Assembly: GCA_048938105.1 (NCBI GenBank)
Contig: JBHLMN010000020.1
Coordinates: 46,627-110,626, forward strand
Reading direction: 5' to 3'
Source: Promethearchaeota archaeon
Lineage (GTDB): Archaea; Asgardarchaeota; Heimdallarchaeia; Hodarchaeales; Hodarchaeaceae
DNA: 64,000 bases
Shown: positions 59,389 through 64,000 of the stretch, one piece after another
Layout of the letters: every line of letters starts with the position of its first letter
Numbering within the stretch: the stretch's first letter is position 1
Translations under genes and position numbers: made by a program
Notes under the pieces: model-generated
Told to the model about the DNA's origin: nothing
Database searches by the model: none
What the model saw: the letters and a program-made list of their open reading frames with translations, nothing else

Positions 59389-60747
59389 TTATAATTGGTC
59401 TTTATTGAGCTTAATCAGGTTACTCATACCAAAGCGTTCCCGATAAAGGAGTCTTTTAGCTTCAAGTCGTGAGATGAGGCGCGATATTGTTACTTTTGAT
59501 ACTCCCATTTGATTAGCTATTGCTTGTTGATTCATGCTTCCTTGTGCGAAAAGAATCTCAAGAATTTCAAGTTCTTGCTCTGGTAAGATAGCTTCCCAAC
59601 GAGATTGAACAGATTCCCATAGAATTTCATCAATTCCTTCCTTTATAAATTCATTAGATGTCATGAAATGTTGTACTATGTGCTTTCGTATTATTTTCTG
59701 AACTATTTCCCTTCTCTTATATAATAAAACTGTAGCTAGAAATGTACTACCAATTAAAGACATTATGAAAATTGGTACAAAAAAATCATTATAATTAGAG
59801 CCAGGAACTTCCTCATATAGAACGAACACTGGGATTCTTACTACCTCCCAGAGCTCTGCTGAAATGATTTCAATCGTTCCATTCATTCCAATAGCAGCTT
59901 CAGAATTAAGTGAGAAAAGAACTGTGAGATTCTGAGTAGGAGCAAGAGAAACATATGTAATATTACTATTGATCCATCTGGGAGTATGTATATAGACATG
60001 AGCTACAAGGGGACCATTATTCTGGATTTGGATTTCAATTGATTGACCTAATGATGCTTCCCAAGAACTCAAATCAACAGCTAAGTAATGCTTTTCAGAT
60101 GTTCTAGAAAAAACTGTTAAATGAGCATTAAATTCATTAATATTCGCATGACTCCATGAGAGGGCCATAGTATTTTCTGTTGTGATAGTCATTTCATCAG
60201 GATGCGGAATTATTGGAGGAAGGACTTTTTCAGACTTTTCAATATAGATCATCGTATGTTGCTTTTCAACATTTGTCCCCCAATTAATCCCTAACTGAAA
60301 GGTAAAGATACCTGAATTATTTTCTTGAAATTTTCCCTTAAAATTACCCAACAATAGGAAAGAGGTTCCAATAGGAATTTCTTGGTCAAGTATAAAGGTA
60401 GATATCGTGAAACTGTCATTTGTTAAAACGGAGCTATTTACAGGAGAATCATAAAGCTGTATGCTAAAATTAGTAATTTGATTGTCAGGGATTCTAAACT
60501 CGCATATCGCATTACTCTGCGAAGTTTGCTCATTTCCAATTCCTCGTAAATAGAAATTACATGTATACATTCCCCCAGAGCAAATATTGAAATAGATTGA
60601 GGCACTTTGAATTTCAAGGTCTGTTTGAGTTTGTGAGGAATTAGCTGAGCTATGTAGAAAGAAAGGAGGGAATACAAGGAAAGCGATCAAAATAGATTGA
60701 TTTAATTTTGACAATCCCATTGAGATCAGCTTAATCGAGCAATACAT
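59389..60747 (-). CDS. Membrane-anchored regulator: extracellular beta domain, TM, C-terminal wHTH
   Basis: Signal peptide; TM FFVPIFIMSLIGSTFLATVLLY; LPEQELEILEIL..QGSMNQQAIANQMGVSKVTISRLISRLEAK. Confidence 0.85.
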   Translation of the reverse strand: MYCSIKLISMGLSKLNQSILIAFLVFPPFFLHSSANSSQTQTDLEIQSASIYFNICSGGMYTCNFYLRGIGNEQTSQSNAICEFRIPDNQITNFSIQLYDSPVNSSVLTNDSFTISTFILDQEIPIGTSFLLLGNFKGKFQENNSGIFTFQLGINWGTNVEKQHTMIYIEKSEKVLPPIIPHPDEMTITTENTMALSWSHANINEFNAHLTVFSRTSEKHYLAVDLSSWEASLGQSIEIQIQNNGPLVAHVYIHTPRWINSNITYVSLAPTQNLTVLFSLNSEAAIGMNGTIEIISAELWEVVRIPVFVLYEEVPGSNYNDFFVPIFIMSLIGSTFLATVLLYKRREIVQKIIRKHIVQHFMTSNEFIKEGIDEILWESVQSRWEAILPEQELEILEILFAQGSMNQQAIANQMGVSKVTISRLISRLEAKRLLYRERFGMSNLIKLNKDQL

Positions 60748-60800
60748 TCGATGTGACTATTTTTATAACCTATCTTCAGGTATTTTGAGTAATTTTGATT

Positions 60801-63788
60801 TCACTTGTGATACCTCTTAATTGTAATAGCAATTAGAGTAATCGTCGCGAAAATTATAAGAAAGGTGAACCCAGGAGTGGAGCCAGGTTGTGAGGTAGTC
60901 GTTGATGGAAAATTAGATGATGTTGTAATATAAATGTTTAATAAGGTAAAAGTGCTATCAGAGGTGTCCTCTCGCATCAAACCTTCAGAACATTTGGCCA
61001 CTACTTTAATCATATAGTATGTGCCAACTGACAATGAGCTTGTGTTCCAAACGTAAGCTGTTCCAGATATGTTTGAAGCTAACAAGACCCATGCATTTCC
61101 CCCATCCGAAGAGTAATATACTGAATAAGTGATGGAGTGACCCAGTGAATCAACTGCTGCTGTCCAAGAGACAGTTATTGTTTCATTGAGGACTTCACCT
61201 CCATTAGGAAAGATAATTTTAGGTGGTAAGAGTATGTGAGCTAATATTAATGGATTAGGTGAAGTTAATGGATAAGAATCCTGATTTGTGGTTGGAATAA
61301 GATAAGGACTGTCAACAAATCCATCTTTATTTTTATCAGGTCCAGTCCAGTCACTCCAATAGTTGAATGTAAAAACATTTTTAGATCCTTCAGAAGATTC
61401 ATCACAAGCTTGGGCACTGTAGGGTTCTAGATCAAGACTGTTACCAATGAAATTATTCCTTTTAATTGTGATAGCGTAGGTGTTGGCTCCTAGAGAAAGT
61501 CCAAATCCACTATTATTCATGAAGAGATTCTGTAAGATCATTCCATCCTTACCTCTACCTAATGATGTCCCTCCTTTATTATCAATAATCGTATTATTAG
61601 TAATGATAATTAGGCTTATATAGCCTATAGCGATTCCATAACGGCCATTATTAGAAATAGAGTTGCTAGAAATGAGGATATTTTCATTCCAATGGTCGGA
61701 ACCGCAAAAAAATATTCCATATCTCTTATTAGCATTAATTGTATTATTCTCAATGAAAAGTTGATTTGTATTAAGTATATATATTCCATTACAGCTATTA
61801 TTAGAAATTATATTACCTGAAATGAAGATATTATTATTGAAATCCCGAAATGAGGATACACGAAATGTTGATATTGTTATTCCCTCATAATTGTTGGAGA
61901 TGATATTGTTTAATATGAACAGTTGATTAGTATATATAACTTCGATTCCATATCTATTGTTGGAAATAATGTTATCCGAGATTGTGCAATTTCTTGTATT
62001 TTCCAGATAAATACCATTATAGGTATTATTGAGGAGATTTTCTTGGATTAGTAGGTTAGAACAATCAGCTAAAATCAGTCCATGATAAATATTAGATAAA
62101 TCTTGGCCTGTTACCGTCACTGACGAACAATTGACCAAGATGACCTGTCCCGAACCGCTGGGAACTGTTCCCCCAGTCTTATCTTCCCAGTAGATTAGTG
62201 GTTTATCATTAACTGTATTGTTTGTCACTTCTGCCTGTGGATAGCCTCCTTGCATCCATAGACCATCTTTAATGATTATATTATCTAAAATTCGGTTATT
62301 TACTGATCTAGATAACTTAATTCCGTCAGACACAATATTCCCTTGTATTTTACAATTTTCTGTAATCGAAAGCTCTAGCATCCCAGATATAGTATTTCCT
62401 GAAATTAGATTGCTATTCGTTTCATAAAGCCTTAGAGTCATATTGTGAGGAATATAACCCTCCTCAAATACCCAACCTGAACTGATAATAGTATTTCTTA
62501 AAATGGAGCTATTAGATGATCCTAAGAATAAAATATCGCCATAAATAATATTATCAGAAATAGTATTATTCGCAAATTTTCCTAATGTATGATAATAATA
62601 AAAATTATCTTCAATCGATTGATATCTGCTTTCTATTAAATTAGAAAGCATCAAATTATTTCTAGAATTCCAAAGTGAAATGCCATTAGAAATTGAGTTA
62701 TTTGAAATGGTGCTATCATCAGAACAAATGAGAGAAATTCTTGCTATTATATTATTTTGGATAAATGAACTAGTACTGAATGCAACGATCATTTTGGTTG
62801 TTAAATTTTGGTTTGTTACAGTAATTGAGGTGCAATTCATCAAGATTACTTGTCCTGCTTCGCTGGGAACTGTTTCTCCCGTCCTATCCTGCCAATAGAT
62901 TAATGGTTTGCTGTTGATTGTATTATTAGTTACCTCCATTTGTCTATAGTACTCTTGTTCACAAGGTTCATCACAATCATTAGTCATGAAACTAATACCA
63001 CTCTTTAAAAACGTATTATGCATGATATTATTGTTGGGTGACCTAAAAAGAGTTATCCCACTATCAGAGAAATTATTTCTTGAAATCATGTTATCAGGGG
63101 CATTTTTAAGCATGAGTCCGTTTATGCAGATATTATCCATAATGGAATTATCTTGAGAATTTTCGATAAGGATTCCCCCTCCACAGTTATAGAAGATGTC
63201 ATCATTGAAGATGTTGTTTTCAGTGATAGTTACATTTTTTGTTTCCTCGAGATGAATAGCAATACCTGGATTTGGCCAAAAATAGGTTTCATCTGATAGC
63301 ATATTCTTAATTGTATTTCTTAAGATACATCCTTGACTCACGTTTTTAAGCAAAATGCCATTACTGAATGCGTTTCTGTTTAAGAAACAGTTATTTATCT
63401 GGAAATATACATTGGTATTCTTGACTATAATTATCCCCTCGTCAACCTTTAAGTAGGATGAAGCTAAACTAGTGAAATTTAGTCCCTCAATAAGATAGGG
63501 ATTGAATTTGCTGCCATCCCCAGGCCACCCCCTCCCTGTCGCTGTGGATGTAAAATTAGCATTACCATCGATATATATTAGAGCATGTCCATTATCTTGC
63601 TTAAGCGCTATTTTAGGTATTTTACTAAACGATGGAGCCTTCATTTCTGGATTTGGAGTAGCTACTAATACCTCTTGAGATTCACGAAATTGTAGGTCAT
63701 TATTAAAGGGGATGTGTTGAAATTTTATTATGGTTAAGAAATTTAAAGTAATTAACATTATCAATATAGTTGATTTAGAAAATACCAT
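60801..63788 (-). CDS. Secreted right-handed parallel beta-helix (NosD/CASH-like) protein with C-terminal Ig/FN3-like domain and PGF-TM anchor
   Basis: GDGSKFNPYLIE, many I-x-x-N-x-I-x-x-N repeats, NYWSDW, PNGGE, TPGFTFLIIFATITLIAITIKRYHK. Confidence 0.9.
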   Translation of the reverse strand: MVFSKSTILIMLITLNFLTIIKFQHIPFNNDLQFRESQEVLVATPNPEMKAPSFSKIPKIALKQDNGHALIYIDGNANFTSTATGRGWPGDGSKFNPYLIEGLNFTSLASSYLKVDEGIIIVKNTNVYFQINNCFLNRNAFSNGILLKNVSQGCILRNTIKNMLSDETYFWPNPGIAIHLEETKNVTITENNIFNDDIFYNCGGGILIENSQDNSIMDNICINGLMLKNAPDNMISRNNFSDSGITLFRSPNNNIMHNTFLKSGISFMTNDCDEPCEQEYYRQMEVTNNTINSKPLIYWQDRTGETVPSEAGQVILMNCTSITVTNQNLTTKMIVAFSTSSFIQNNIIARISLICSDDSTISNNSISNGISLWNSRNNLMLSNLIESRYQSIEDNFYYYHTLGKFANNTISDNIIYGDILFLGSSNSSILRNTIISSGWVFEEGYIPHNMTLRLYETNSNLISGNTISGMLELSITENCKIQGNIVSDGIKLSRSVNNRILDNIIIKDGLWMQGGYPQAEVTNNTVNDKPLIYWEDKTGGTVPSGSGQVILVNCSSVTVTGQDLSNIYHGLILADCSNLLIQENLLNNTYNGIYLENTRNCTISDNIISNNRYGIEVIYTNQLFILNNIISNNYEGITISTFRVSSFRDFNNNIFISGNIISNNSCNGIYILNTNQLFIENNTINANKRYGIFFCGSDHWNENILISSNSISNNGRYGIAIGYISLIIITNNTIIDNKGGTSLGRGKDGMILQNLFMNNSGFGLSLGANTYAITIKRNNFIGNSLDLEPYSAQACDESSEGSKNVFTFNYWSDWTGPDKNKDGFVDSPYLIPTTNQDSYPLTSPNPLILAHILLPPKIIFPNGGEVLNETITVSWTAAVDSLGHSITYSVYYSSDGGNAWVLLASNISGTAYVWNTSSLSVGTYYMIKVVAKCSEGLMREDTSDSTFTLLNIYITTSSNFPSTTTSQPGSTPGFTFLIIFATITLIAITIKRYHK

Positions 63789-63896
63789 GAGAATTTCTGA
63801 CCAAATAACTATGATATTGAAACATCAATTAAAGATTTGGTTTCTATTATATGAAATACCTCTACTTCATGATTTTTTCATCAGTGTATTATGAAT

Positions 63897-63998
63897 TTAA
63901 CCTTCTTTGGTTGTCGTAGTTTTAGCAGAAGTTTCTTTAACTAGAGTAGTTACAGTATAATTAAATGGAGTATTATATAATTGATTATGATTTGATAT
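63897..63998 (-). CDS. Possible C-terminal end of a CDS starting beyond the window
   Basis: ...PFNYTVTTLVKETSAKTTTTKEG*, a Thr-rich tail. Confidence 0.3.
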   Translation of the reverse strand: MSNHNQLYNTPFNYTVTTLVKETSAKTTTTKEG

Positions 63999-64000
63999 TT

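Noticed and set aside
1-64000. CRISPR arrays, tRNA/rRNA, integrases, defence systems; the many short antisense or overlapping ORFs in the track
   Set aside because: No regularly spaced repeats, cloverleafs, GC-rich RNA islands or such protein motifs seen by eye; the short ORFs are shadows of well-supported genes

Overview
AT-rich archaeal chromosome window with about 55 densely packed CDSs. The gene content suggests an Asgard archaeon, probably Heimdallarchaeia/Hodarchaeales-like; this is inference from the tungsten AOR operon, TrmB and GbsR-type wHTH regulators, XPB-like helicase, Rab-like folds, ACBP and surface proteins with PGF/PGW-type C-terminal anchors. I found no rRNA, tRNA, CRISPR array or intact transposase. 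Main discovery: a GH38 alpha-mannosidase gene is interrupted inside its Zn-binding motif (HTHWD|REWY) by a 31-nt insert (49503-49533). The insert folds into a canonical bulge-helix-bulge (BHB) motif, and cutting at the canonical positions restores both frame and motif exactly. A second, relaxed BHB candidate (46 nt, 53686-53731, minus strand) would fuse a 1303-aa ORF in frame to the 101-aa ORF after it. Together these point to tRNA-type (EndA/RtcB) splicing of protein-coding mRNAs. Other notable items: two divergent Rab-like pseudo-GTPases, an XPB-like helicase whose N-terminal zinc finger needs a CTG start, an unannotated 59-aa double zinc-finger gene, a shared 17-bp operator linking two ABC exporters to GbsR-type regulators, and a degenerate direct repeat flanking an FG-GAP surface-protein gene.
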